NCBI RefSeq assembly: GCF_006345805.1
Contig: NC_043005.1
Span: 45,260,001 to 45,324,000 of the forward strand
DNA: 64,000 nt
Reading direction: 5' to 3'
Source of the DNA: Octopus sinensis
Lineage: Eukaryota
The position numbers and the translations under genes were made by a program. Below are positions 52,846 to 64,000 of this stretch, one piece after another. Under the pieces are notes generated by a model. It ran no database searches, was not told the origin of the DNA, and was given only the letters and a program-made list of their open reading frames with translations. Every line of letters begins with the position of its first letter. The first letter of the stretch is position 1.

Positions 52846-53025
52846 TTAACCCTGTCCCAAATATTTACTTGTTTTGTGTTCACACCTAGCCTCTAGTGTC
52901 ATTGCAGAAATAAACAACCAGATAATCAAAGTCTTGAAGCTATGAGATAATGTGTGATAAATTCAATACAATGTGAATAAGTCAGCATTGCATTTGACTG
53001 AGTAATCTGATTGTAAAAGGGTTAA
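52846..53025 (-). mobile_element. piggyBac-type MITE family A, diverged
   Basis: gactgagtaatctgattgtaaaagggttaa is the reverse of the family A left end. Confidence 0.65.
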
Positions 53026-53765
53026 GAGAAAGAGGAAAATTCATGTTTACAGGATTATGGGTGGTCTGAGAATTTGCTTGTTCTTTGTTACCCAGACATG
53101 GAACAAGTTAATATTTCACTGGGATTCAGATAGTGAGTGTGATCTTATAGCTTTGTCTAGTGTGAATGCACTAGAATGTTAAATATTATAATTTATTTTA
53201 AAGTCAAATGTTATACAATTGATATTCCTGATATTCCTACCAATTGTGAAATATTTTTCTTTTTTTTTTTTAAATTTCTTCATCGAATAAAGCTTATTGT
53301 ATTCTTAACTATTTAATTTTATAGTGAATAACACTACAAAAATACCTAGCTTCTGAAGTAGAAATACATGTTTATCAGCTTGATTTATTTACCCTCATAA
53401 TTTGGAATATTTGAGTTCATTTCCATTTAAATATGTGTTGTGCATTATAACTTACTCTTAGCTGAGAATAATTACATTTAAAAAACAGAATTGAAGATCT
53501 ATCATATGAAAACATTTCTTCCTGTCATCCTCTGAGACTATGTTTACAGAAATATTTTTCTCCAATCATACAATCCCTTCCAAGTTTATTTTATTTTATT
53601 TGTTTAGTTTTGCTCCCTGTTTTCCAATAATTATTTGTTTTCATTTTCAATAAGTGAGATGGGCATTTTCTTTATTCCAACTGTTCATACACATCTGTTT
53701 GCCTTGAATCTCTTTACATTCTTACATTGCTGAAGAATTTGTTATTAATATGAAGATGTAAATGA

Positions 53766-53811
<46 letters not shown>

Positions 53812-54204
53812 TGTATTTGTTTCCTAAATACTGTAAGGCTGATCAATCCACCATTTCTCTTCCCAAATTTATGCTACTTCAATTTGCATTGTTTTAATAA
53901 AATGTTTTATCTAACTTTATAAAGGTTTCAGAAATGATTCACACTGGAAATCAGTTTTGTGCAACCTGAAGCTATCTTATGGAAAGTGATCCTAAATAAT
54001 GGAGAGGATTTTGAATAGTTTCTCTCTCTGTTGATTCTAGTATCAACTACTCATTACTGGTTATGAAATATTTAACACCTAAACTATTGTAGCAAATCAT
54101 TTATTGATTAAATGTTGATTTCAGCAAGAAACAATTACAATATAGAACCTTATGAACATGTTTTCAATTTTTTTGCCTTGACTAATAATAATAATAATAA
54201 TAAT

Positions 54205-54440
54205 AATCCTTTCTAATATAGGCACAAGGCTTGAAATTTTGGCAAGAGGGATAATTGATTAAATCAACCCCAGTACTCAGCTGATACTTATTTTATTGAC
54301 TACAGTACTTAACTGGTACTTATTTTATCGACCCTGAAAGGATAAGTTGACCCCGGTGGAATTTGAACTCAGAATTTGACAGGCGAAATGCCACTAAACA
54401 TTTTGCTTGGCATGCTAATCACTTTGCCAGCTCACCACCT
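54205..54440 (-). mobile_element. M-family SINE with a short internal duplication, next to (AAT)n
   Basis: cagtact..ctg.tacttattttat occurs twice in tandem. Confidence 0.8.
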
Positions 54441-54919
54441 TATATGATAGTGATATTGATAATTATCATAATAACATTTTACCTCTGTTGTAATCATCAA
54501 TTCAGTTTCTGTGACAGTAAGTTCTTGGTAAACTGTTTTGATAACTAGTTTTCATTTCTGTTATGATCCACTTCATTTACATTGCTTATGCCCTTTCATG
54601 AAAAGTATGAACCACACAACATCCCACTTGCCTACTCATAAGGTTTTGGCAGTATTTGTTATGATGAAAATAATATGATTTAATTTTAGCTCAAAGCCAC
54701 TTCATGGGGATAGGTGTAGCCAGCTGAATCAATTCTAATACTTAACCCTCAGAAACATGAATGGTAAAGTTGACACCCAATGGGATTTGAACTGAGGACA
54801 TAAAAAGTTATAACTAAATACTGACAAACTACTTTGTCTTGCTGTCTGTCACTATTATTATAATTAGATTTTAATACTTTTTTGTACCTGTATGTTGTGT
54901 GAAATTGTGTGAAAGCTTG

Positions 54920-55104
54920 TCAGTAGCAGGACCATTTCTGTTGTGGTTGGTAGATTTTATCCATTGCATGGTTTAGTACAGATGCCAGGCTTTTGGGTGC
55001 CTCTAACTGAAGGGGCATTCTGGTCAGGTCTCCAGTGTGAGAAAAACTTCCTTCTGCTGTCATGGGGACCTTGGAAAGAGTCATGAGCTCTGCCTTTCTT
55101 CTAT
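54920..55104 (-). CDS. Candidate terminal coding exon of an unidentified gene (DRRKAELMTLSKVPMTAEGSFSHTGDLTRMPLQLEAPKSLASVLNHAMDKIYQPQQKWSCY*)
   Basis: Branch-like tttaac, a long pyrimidine tract and ttag acceptor, 61 open codons, and GC above the flanks. No homology recognised. Confidence 0.3.
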
Positions 55105-55299
55105 CTAAGCCATTAAAAAACACAACAAAAAGAGTTAAAAGCAACTACTTTCAGTTTGTCCTATGTAAGATTTAGTACTACACATTGTAAGTACTTTATA
55201 GCAGGACACCTATCCCTCATCAACTGGCACAAAGCCCCCTCCCTCCACTGCTATTCCTTCCTCCTTGCTGAGGGGATTGTTTTGATTTGCAAATTACTT

Positions 55300-55490
55300 G
55301 GTGATCCTGCTGGTGCCATGTAAAAAGCATCCAGTACACTCTGCAGAATGGTTGGCATTAGGCATGGCATCCAGGTGTGGAAACCATACCAAATCAGACG
55401 ATGGAAACTGTTGCAGCCACCCACTGCCTTACCATCCAACCCATGCCAATATAGAAAATATATGTTAAATGATGATGATGATGATGATTG
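55300..55490 (+). mobile_element. RTE 3'-UTR fragment
   Basis: ggtgccatgtaaaaagcatccagtacac...gttaaatgatgatgat. Confidence 0.8.
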
Positions 55491-55573
55491 TTATAGTTTG
55501 TGTGCTCCATGTGGATTCTATTGAAAATATTTTAGTATGAACCTTGCAGAACTGATATGTTTTGATTCCAATT

Positions 55574-55805
55574 TTAATCCTTTAGCATTTAAGCTGGCCA
55601 TATCAGGCCAAAATATTCTACTTGTTTAATACTCAAACAGGCCACATCTGGACTTTTACACCTACCCTACAATATCATACTAAAAGTAAACAATTGCATC
55701 ATTGAAATTCCATAGCTACAAGATAATACATGATTAATTCAAAAGAATGTGAATATATAAGCATTACATTCATTCAACTAAATAATCTGAATGCTAAAAG
55801 GTTAA
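55574..55805 (-). mobile_element. piggyBac-type MITE family A, complete
   Basis: ttaa-tcctttagcatt ... aatgctaaaagg-ttaa. Confidence 0.8.
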
Positions 55806-56875
55806 GCCTAACTTTCTGAAACATTATGTTTTGGTTTATCTCTATTTTCTATGATTTTATTGTAATTCTTCAACCAATACATTTCAATTTCTATTGAGCC
55901 TTAATCTCAAAATCACAGCTCTTGTATACAAGAAGTCAAGTTTCTTATAAACTGTTGTTTACTGAATTCACATTGAAGTAGTTTTTCAGTTGGTGCATGG
56001 GATGGATACCAGTGAAGGCAATGAGCTCAGCTCCTGTCTTGAATCACACCAAAACAAGATAAAAAGAGAAAGAAAATGCAGTTATTTCCAGAAAGCTACC
56101 AGAACAATATATACCTTCTTCCTTAGGTTATCTATGCATTTCCTGCATCTCACAAGTGAATTTTTCATAAGAATCATTGCTAATGCATATTAAACTCCCT
56201 TACATATCTGTATCCCTGTAATAATGAACTGTTGTGTCAGTTTATCTCATACTTCATAAGACTGAAAACAATAAGTTTGATTCCTGGCAGTATTGAAAGC
56301 AAATCCTGTCAACTAATTAATTTCAATTGTTAGTTCCATATCTACTTTTTGCAAGACACACATTTATTGTGAAGCTGATTCTTCTGCCAAAAGAATTCAA
56401 CCATAAACACCTACTTGAAAGATATTCATACTGAACTTCTAATATGGATAATCATGGTTTAGATTATTTTTTTTTATTTTTTATCATGGAATTCAAGGAA
56501 TAATTGAACAGAGAAATTTGACATCTGACATTTTGTAGATAATAAATGTGATGTAACTTTATTAGAAATCAATATTTATATTATAGTATTCTAATGATGT
56601 TTTTATTAAACCCCAATCAATGTTGTCAGCAATAAATGATCCTATTACTGTATAAAATCAGATGGTAAGAGAATTTGAAGAGTTCTCAAAATGAGTTTTG
56701 GATCTGTACAAACAATTTCTTTTTATGTTGTTTATATTAGAAACACACTGGTCCCTAAGTGCCTTTAAATCCACTTTCACGTAAGCATTTGGGCCTGAAT
56801 AACTTTCTCCCTTCTTCTTGCCAATCACAGAGGCTTTGGAAAAGGTCATAGGCACTACTCTCTCCCTTCTGGAGG

Positions 56876-57105
56876 TTAACCCATTTTAATACCAAATTGC
56901 CTGAAATCACTCCCTGTTCAGTGGTACAAACTCTCTATTTTAAAGTGAAGTAAATCATAACTGCCCATCAAAATTTCACGTTATTTATGTCTCTAACAGC
57001 AGCTTAATAATGGCAAAGTTATTTTATTAAATTCTTCATTATTTTCAAAATTAATTGAAACAAAGGCTGTGTTTCTTTTAAGTGATACAATAACAAAAGA
57101 ATTAA
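56876..57105 (+). mobile_element. piggyBac-type MITE family B, diverged
   Basis: ttaaccc...ttttcaaaattaattgaaacaaagg...aaaagaattaa, matching 23834-24065. Confidence 0.65.
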
Positions 57106-58078
57106 GCCATTAAATATTTTTTTTTTTTACATAAATTTTTTAAAATAACATTCAGTTTGTCCTTCACAAGATTTTCTATGCCACACTGTTATGATGTGTG
57201 GTGTGCATGCTATATATGGATTCCACTGAAAGTATTTTACTGTAAGCCCAGCCAAACTATTGAATGATCAATAGTTTAGTTGGTATGCTAGAAGCAAATT
57301 TTCAAAGTGTTCTTACTTTAGTTTTAAAACCTATTAGCTGTTGTCCACAGGTAAATCTAAATGTCTCATCTTGCTAACATTATATAATTGTCTGTTTTAC
57401 TATATTTGAGAGCATTCAGGTCAACTGGTTTATTTGTTTTCTGAAATTTGTAATGCATATTTTAAAACCATTTATTGTACTTAGGTTCAAAAACCTTGTA
57501 TTCTCATCATATATTGTATCATGGACATAACTTCTTTTCATACACAAATTACATTCCGGTTTCCATCCAACATTACCATTAAATATTCTATTACCATAGC
57601 AATATCCCTTTCATCTCTATTTGAAGTGGTCCTTTGTAGTTTTTCATAGAACCAGTCCTTCTATTCATCTACTAACCCTATTTATGGGCATACACTAAAA
57701 ACTACAGTGACTATCAAATTGGCAGTTCTATTATTCTGTCGTTCACCTATGCTATGTCTTTTATATTTTTATCCATATCACAGCTATCAATAGAATTACT
57801 AGAATACAAATTTCTGCTTTAGAATGATTACTTATTCAGAACTTGTATTACACAGTGTTCTTATAATGAATTTTGCTGATGTAAACATTAAAACAATTTG
57901 CCTTTCATTCTAACATCACCATTACCCACTTCCCTACTCTATTCTACACTCCCCATTTTAAGATACCAAATTCTTAATATTTGGAATTCAACAAGCTGAA
58001 ATAGGAGTGGTGGGATTTCTTAGTGACATTGAATTTTAATAGAATGGCTTTAGTAAGAATGTTTGGTTGCCTGCTCTT

Positions 58079-58306
58079 TTAACTGGTTCATTACTGTATC
58101 TCTGTTGAAATACACTGATTTTATTTCAATAATTTTGAAAATTATGAAGAATTTTAGTAAAATATCTTCATTATTAAGCTAGTGTTTTGAACATAAACTA
58201 ACATGAAATTTTGATGGAGGGTTTTTAATTTAGGTCACGTTAAAAATAGAAGTTAGTATTAAAGAATCAGAGGTGACATCAGACAGTCTGGCATCAGAAG
58301 GGTTAA
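58079..58306 (-). mobile_element. piggyBac-type MITE family B, reverse orientation
   Basis: tttcaataattttgaaaattatgaag...atcagaagggttaa. Confidence 0.6.
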
Positions 58307-58405
58307 GGCACCAGCCACGGAATGAGGTAGGCATTGGTTTAAACTTTCAACTATATTTGCTAGGCCTTTGTTTTGGACACTGTTTTGTCTACTACCATAT
58401 AGTGA

Positions 58406-58629
58406 TTTGACTCTATAGCATTCAGATTACCCTGTCAAGCATAATGCTTATTCAAATTGTTTTTGAATTAATCATGCATTATCTCATGGCTTTGAGATAC
58501 CAATGATGTGATCGCATATTTTTAGAATGACATTGTATGGTAGGTATGAGAGGCCAAATCTGGTCAGTTTGAATAAAAAATGTGTTGAATATTTAGGTCT
58601 GATACCACTGGTTTGAATGCTAGAGTTAA
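58406..58629 (+). mobile_element. piggyBac-type MITE family A, diverged
   Basis: tagcattcagattac...gaattaatcatgcattatctc...gaatgctagagttaa. Confidence 0.7.
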
Positions 58630-59959
58630 ACTGCAGTGAATACATTTATAGAAAATTGCCTTCAGAGCTTGAGTGTAATTTTTCTTTATTTTACAAAGCA
58701 AGGTTGACAGTCATGAAGAATGGTAATGGAAAGATAGAAAAATAGGGAAATAGAGGGCAAGAAGTTTTGCATGAGAAAGTGAAGAGACAGTGGAAGAGAG
58801 GAAATTACATACAAAGTTTGGAAATGTTTAGAATAACTTAAGACATGATAACATAGTACATATAACCTGAGTAGAATATTTTAGGTGGTAATCATGATTC
58901 TAAAAATTTAATTGCATGACCAGATAAAAGGCAATGAATATCAATATTGTTACAGAAACATCAGAGAGAGAGAGACTGTGTGTGTATGTATGTGGTGGAA
59001 AACTTTATTTTCAATTTAGTTTAGTGGTTCCAAGACCTGCTTTAACATTTTCTAGTATTTTAGTTTTTAAACAAGATTCTGTTTGCATATATTTATGATG
59101 AAATAATGCATTTTCAGCCTGTGGAATCTGAGAAATCATGTCACATTAGAACATGTTTTAACAATCAGCAAACATTCAGTGTAAAATGAAATGTAGCCAA
59201 GAATGAACACCTGCATATACACATAGATGGCCAGCTACATCCATCCATTCATCCACACACATACACACACAAACAAACAAACAATTCCCAAGCTTTTATC
59301 ATAAACTATCAATTAACAAACCACAATTTGTTCATAAAGCAAACATTTATAGAATTAGATTCCTAAGGAAATAATGTTTGACCTTGTAGTAAAAAAAATT
59401 TATATTAACCTTAAATGCTTGCCTTGTATCTAAATATACTCTGATTCACAGATTATTTTACTCTAGTAGTATTTAATGAATAGAAGCAGTCCAGAGTAAT
59501 GGGATAAGTAAACACATGGAGTAAACATAGAAGCATGTCTTCTTTTAGAAAATACATTTAGCCATGCTGTAAAAATTAGCAATTTAGTCTTGTCTGAGTA
59601 TGTATATCCCGTAAATAGTTAATATCTTCTCTGTAACCAGGAATGAGTAACTGATCCTTGATGAGACTTTAACAAAAGCTGACACTAATCAGATTGATCG
59701 TTCTTTTTCTGGCCACAGAGAGAGAAATCTTTGACTTCACTCTGGAGTCTGCTTTTTCACTGCAAGGCTTGATAATGTGTTTACTAACACAACTTGTTTG
59801 TATATGTATTTTATACATCTCAAAATAGTAGGGAAGTATTATCATGTCCATATCTACCTACCTGTTGTACTATTATTGTATAAGTTATGAGCTGTCAAAA
59901 TTCTCTGATGATATCTACATGTGGAGAAAATATCATTAGTTACTCAAAATTAATGGTTT

Positions 59960-60170
59960 CTAATTTTGGCACAAGACCAATAGCTTCAAGGAAAGTGGGG
60001 TTTGTCAATGCCATCGACCCCAGTTCTTGACTGGTACTTTGCCTTTCATCCTTTCAGAAATGATAAAATAAAGTTGAACATGGCAGGAGTTAAACTCAGA
60101 ATGTGAAATTGCTGGAACAAATACCACAAAGTATTTTGTCCGACACTCTACTGATTCTGTCTGCTTGCCA
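59960..60170 (-). mobile_element. M-family SINE, diverged
   Basis: ggcacaagacc...catcgaccccagttcttgactggtac. Confidence 0.65.
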
Positions 60171-60589
60171 CTATTTTTACTTACCCAAAATTAATAACAC
60201 CAACCAACCAACCAACCAATTTCCAACCAGTTTCTCCTGAAGTGATAACTAAAAGGAATATAAAATAGTGGAAGAAAGCTTTACTCTCTTTTGAATTGGA
60301 TATAATTAAAATTTACTTTCATCACTTCTGCAAGATTATTATTATCATTAATTTAATGTCTGCTCTTGTACTACTTTGGTAATTGTTACCATTCTCATTT
60401 CATGCACATTATGCTGCATATACCACAGTTCAGAATACCAAAGTATTATGAAATTTTGTATAGTTGTGTATATATCTAATTGAAGACCAGTTCTTCATTA
60501 CTGGATCAATTTTCTAGCACCAAATACTATCAAATAATGATGATGATGGTGATGGTAGTGGTGGTGACGGTGATGATGATGATGATGAT

Positions 60590-60800
60590 TTCAAGATTTG
60601 AACCAGCAGTTTTGGAGCAGGAGCTAAGACAATGACTACATTGACCTCAGCGCTCAACTGGTACTTATTTTATTGATCTTGAAAAGGACGAAAGGCAAAG
60701 ATGACCTCGGCAGAATTTGATCTCAGAACATAAAGGCAGCTGAAATGCTGCTAAGCATTTTGCCCAGCATGCTAACAATTTTGCCAGCTCACTACCTTAA
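60590..60800 (-). mobile_element. M-family SINE next to (GAT)n
   Basis: aaaggacgaaaggcaaagatgacctcggcagaatttgatctcagaa. Confidence 0.8.
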
Positions 60801-60991
60801 ATAATAATTTCTAATGTTGATGCAAGCTATAAAGTTGTTTAGCTGCAGATCAGTTCTTGTAGTGGTGATGGTTTAACCCCAAGTAGCCTCTATTCAAATA
60901 GACTGCATGAAGAGCAAGATTAGATGGTGGTAGCTGGAATGCCCTTGATTGTGGGTCTATCTGGAATTATATTATCTGATACATCTTTCAT

Positions 60992-61219
60992 TTAACCACT
61001 TTAGCATTCAGATTACTCTGTCAAATGTAATGCTTCTTTATTGACATTGCTTTGAATTAAGCATGCATTATTTCATAGCTTCAAGCATTCAGTGATGTGA
61101 TTGTTTATTTTAGAATGTCATTGTAGGGTAAGTGTGAGAGGCCAGATCTGGTTGATTTGAACATGAAACAAGTAGAATATTTGGGTTTGATATGGCTAGT
61201 TTTAACACTGAAGGGTTAA
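60992..61219 (+). mobile_element. piggyBac-type MITE family A, complete
   Basis: ttaa-ccactttagcatt ... actgaaggg-ttaa. Confidence 0.8.
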
Positions 61220-62689
61220 GTCAGTAGGATATAATTTAAGTGAGAAGTAACCAGTGGCAGCTCGTAAATAAAATTAGTTGGGGTGCTGCTTGAGAAAGTT
61301 TTTAGCCATTGTTTTAATATTGTGTAAAAGGAAACAAACATATAAAAAGAATATTTATACATAAACTTGATCGGTTCACATTTTAGCCACTGCCGGGTTG
61401 TGTGTCCACTGAACACTGCCACGAATTCCCCCTTGTTTTTCAAAACTCCTCTCTAAATCACAAAATAAGGGTGGGAAATATGCTCTATTTTTACGAATCC
61501 TGGCAGCAGCACTGAAGTTGGAAGCAGGATAATAATCTAATTCTACACTTTATCACATTCAAGAATATAAACATGTTTTTAAGCACCGCACATGGCGTCA
61601 GAAAGAAACACTACCTTTCACTGGCACTGCATGAACTACAGTGCTCTCTCTCCCTGGTGTGAAGCTTCCTATTTCAGACATGTGAGCATGCGCACAACAG
61701 CCAAACACCACATTGCTGGAACTGTGAAGCACACAGTTCTATACAAGGATTTTTGTATTTTTTTAATAAACTAGGGGATAGCTACTGACATTAAGCTTAA
61801 GGATTATATCATGTACAAATATACAAATACAAAGAAAGAATTAAAGAAAAAGGGACTCATTATATTAAATGTTATTGATAATATCAAGTTGAAATAGGGG
61901 GTTCTGAAGTTCTGCAGTGCCTATACACGAGCTGCCACTGGAAGTAACTGTTATCTCAAGCATGTTGGATTACCATATAGAGATTCCTTTGCTTTGGAGA
62001 GGTGTTAGGGTTAGAGTGGATCGAGTTGCATTACTGGTGCTTATTAATCCCTTGGAGACGGATTTAGTACTGACAGTCTGTACTGTGTGCCAGTATTAGG
62101 CCATTCAGTAACTAGTAAGAAGTGATGAAAGTAAATTTTTAATTATATCCAGTTCAAAAGAGAGTAAGTAACTACATAATTTTTCATACAAGGAATTTCA
62201 CATTGTATTTACAGATTATTCTCAGTGTGGTATATTTGAAAACACCGTGCCACACAGAGTGAGACATCACATCACTCACACACACAGTGTTTCGATGCGG
62301 TCAGTATTGATTTCTGTCTGCAATGGGTTAAGTCAACTTTTGAACAATGATAAGTAAAGTGAACTCCTGTAAGGATTTGAACTTGAAGCATAAAATAAAA
62401 TAATAATGTTGGTTCCTAAACATGATACAAGGACTCTGATCTGGGGGATCAGAACATGATCTATTTATTTGATCCCCTACAGTGTGACCCTGCCATTTCT
62501 TTCCCTCCAAGTATGACCTAACCAAGACTGTAAAGGAATGTAACTAAATATCATAAAGTGTTTATTCCATTATTCTACCAATTTTGACACCTGCAAACCT
62601 CTATAAGATACTCCTCTTCCTCTCCCTCCTACTACTACTACCACCACTACTACTACTACTACTACTAATAATAATAATAATAGTAATCA

Positions 62690-63595
62690 TTTCTACTAAA
62701 GGCTCAAGACCTGAAATTTTTGAAGAGGGGCTTACATCAACCCCAGTGTTTCACTGGTACTTATTTTTTTCAACTCCATGGGTGAAAGGCAGAGTTGACC
62801 TTGGCGGAATTTGAACTCAGAATGTAAAGATGGACGAAATGCCATTAAATATTTTGCCTAGTGTGCTAATGATTCTGCCAACTTTCAGCAGGCACAAAGT
62901 CAGCAATTTCAGGGAGAGAGATGATTATAATACCCCCAGTACTTGACTGGTACATTATTTCATCAGAGTCAAAAGGCTGGAAAGCAATGCTGACATCACC
63001 AGGATTTGAACTTGAAGATATAACTAAGCATTTTGTTCAGCACACTAACAATTCTGCCAGCTCACCACCTGAATAATAATAACAATAATAATTGTGGACT
63101 CTCCCATTGAAGGCATATGAGCATTCAGCTTTTGCCAAATGACCTGCTCAGATGATTTGTTTATAGTGATTAAATGTTCGTGCCACATATTATCTCACTC
63201 TCTACATCAAATCAATGTCATCTGAACAGGTGTACTGTGTATCATGCGTCAGGTATTGAAGTGACCACAGAGCAACATGAAATGAAGTGTTTTGCTCAAG
63301 AACACAACACACCATCCAGTCTAGGAATTGAAATCATGTTCACTTGATCATGAGTGCAATGCCCTAACCACTTACCTATGCACCCTCAATAATAATAATT
63401 ATAATTTTGGCACAAAGCCAGCAATCTTAGGGATGGAGATAGTTGATTACATTCCCCCTAGTACTTGATTGTTACCTTATTTCATCAAAGCCAAAAGGAT
63501 GGAAAGCAAAGTTGACCTCAGCAGGATTTGAACCTGAAGATGTGACTGAGCATTTTGTCCAGTGCACTAACAATTCTGCCCACTCACCACCTGAA
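62690..63595 (-). mobile_element. Cluster of three minus-strand M SINEs (62690-62880, 62890-63070, 63400-63595) and a partial T2 (63270-63385), spaced by (AAT)n
   Basis: Family cores, with (AAT)n runs at 62668, 63073, 63388 and 63594. Confidence 0.8.
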
Positions 63596-64000
63596 TAATA
63601 ATAATAATAATAATACTGATAATAATAATAATAATAATGATATTGTGTTAGGGAGTTTGTCCGCAGTTCTTTACGCTTTCATGTCAGGTATTGTATTTAA
63701 CTTTTCCAAGCGAGTTTTATTATTAATTTGTGTGTGTGCATGCACATCATCTCTTCATTTTTATACTCTCTCTCTCTTTTCTTAACCCTTTGTTGATATA
63801 TTTTCCAATTTACTATGTTTGTTCCTAACAGAACAGTGTCCATTTTTTACATGTTTTATCAGCTCAACAATAACCTAGATGTTCATAAGAAAGTGTATAA
63901 TTACCTGCTATTCAGTTGCAAATGTTGCGTAAGGTGACTGTTATGAAATCTATTGTGGCTGGTTTACCTTAGTGCCCTATTGCCACTGCCAAGCAGTGCT

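Noticed and set aside
61917-62099. 60-aa ORF in a higher-GC patch
   Set aside because: GTG start, weak acceptor and no recognisable domain.
62065-62102. Short hairpin with a miR-8/200-like seed (taatactg) on the minus strand
   Set aside because: Only ~38 nt with a bulged stem, too short for a pre-miRNA, and the rest does not match miR-8.

Overview
This is AT-rich, repeat-dense eukaryotic DNA with no confidently identifiable host gene. The SINE and retroposon families look like those of an octopus genome (coleoid cephalopod); this is pattern recognition, not a database result. Most ORF-track entries are artefacts of (TA/TG/CA)n microsatellites. The real coding relics are all decayed non-LTR retrotransposons: an R4/Dong-clade element with RT, CCHC and restriction-like endonuclease motifs (~6660-9660, minus), a 5'-truncated CR1-group LINE (20414-21805, minus) plus a small CR1 fragment, and many RTE ORF2/3'-UTR pieces. 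Three tRNA-derived SINE families (labelled T1, T2 and M here) and at least three TTAA-flanked piggyBac-type MITE families fill much of the rest. The most interesting signals are: (i) a 3' stem-loop shared between SINE T1 and the CR1-like LINE, with stem-preserving substitutions; (ii) head-to-tail M-SINE arrays joined by (TTA)n; (iii) inverted retroposon pairs that could form dsRNA; (iv) AG|GT sites resembling recursive splice sites and a few isolated candidate exons; (v) a 1364-bp tandem duplication that may be an assembly artefact. Repeat boundaries are approximate and were read by eye.
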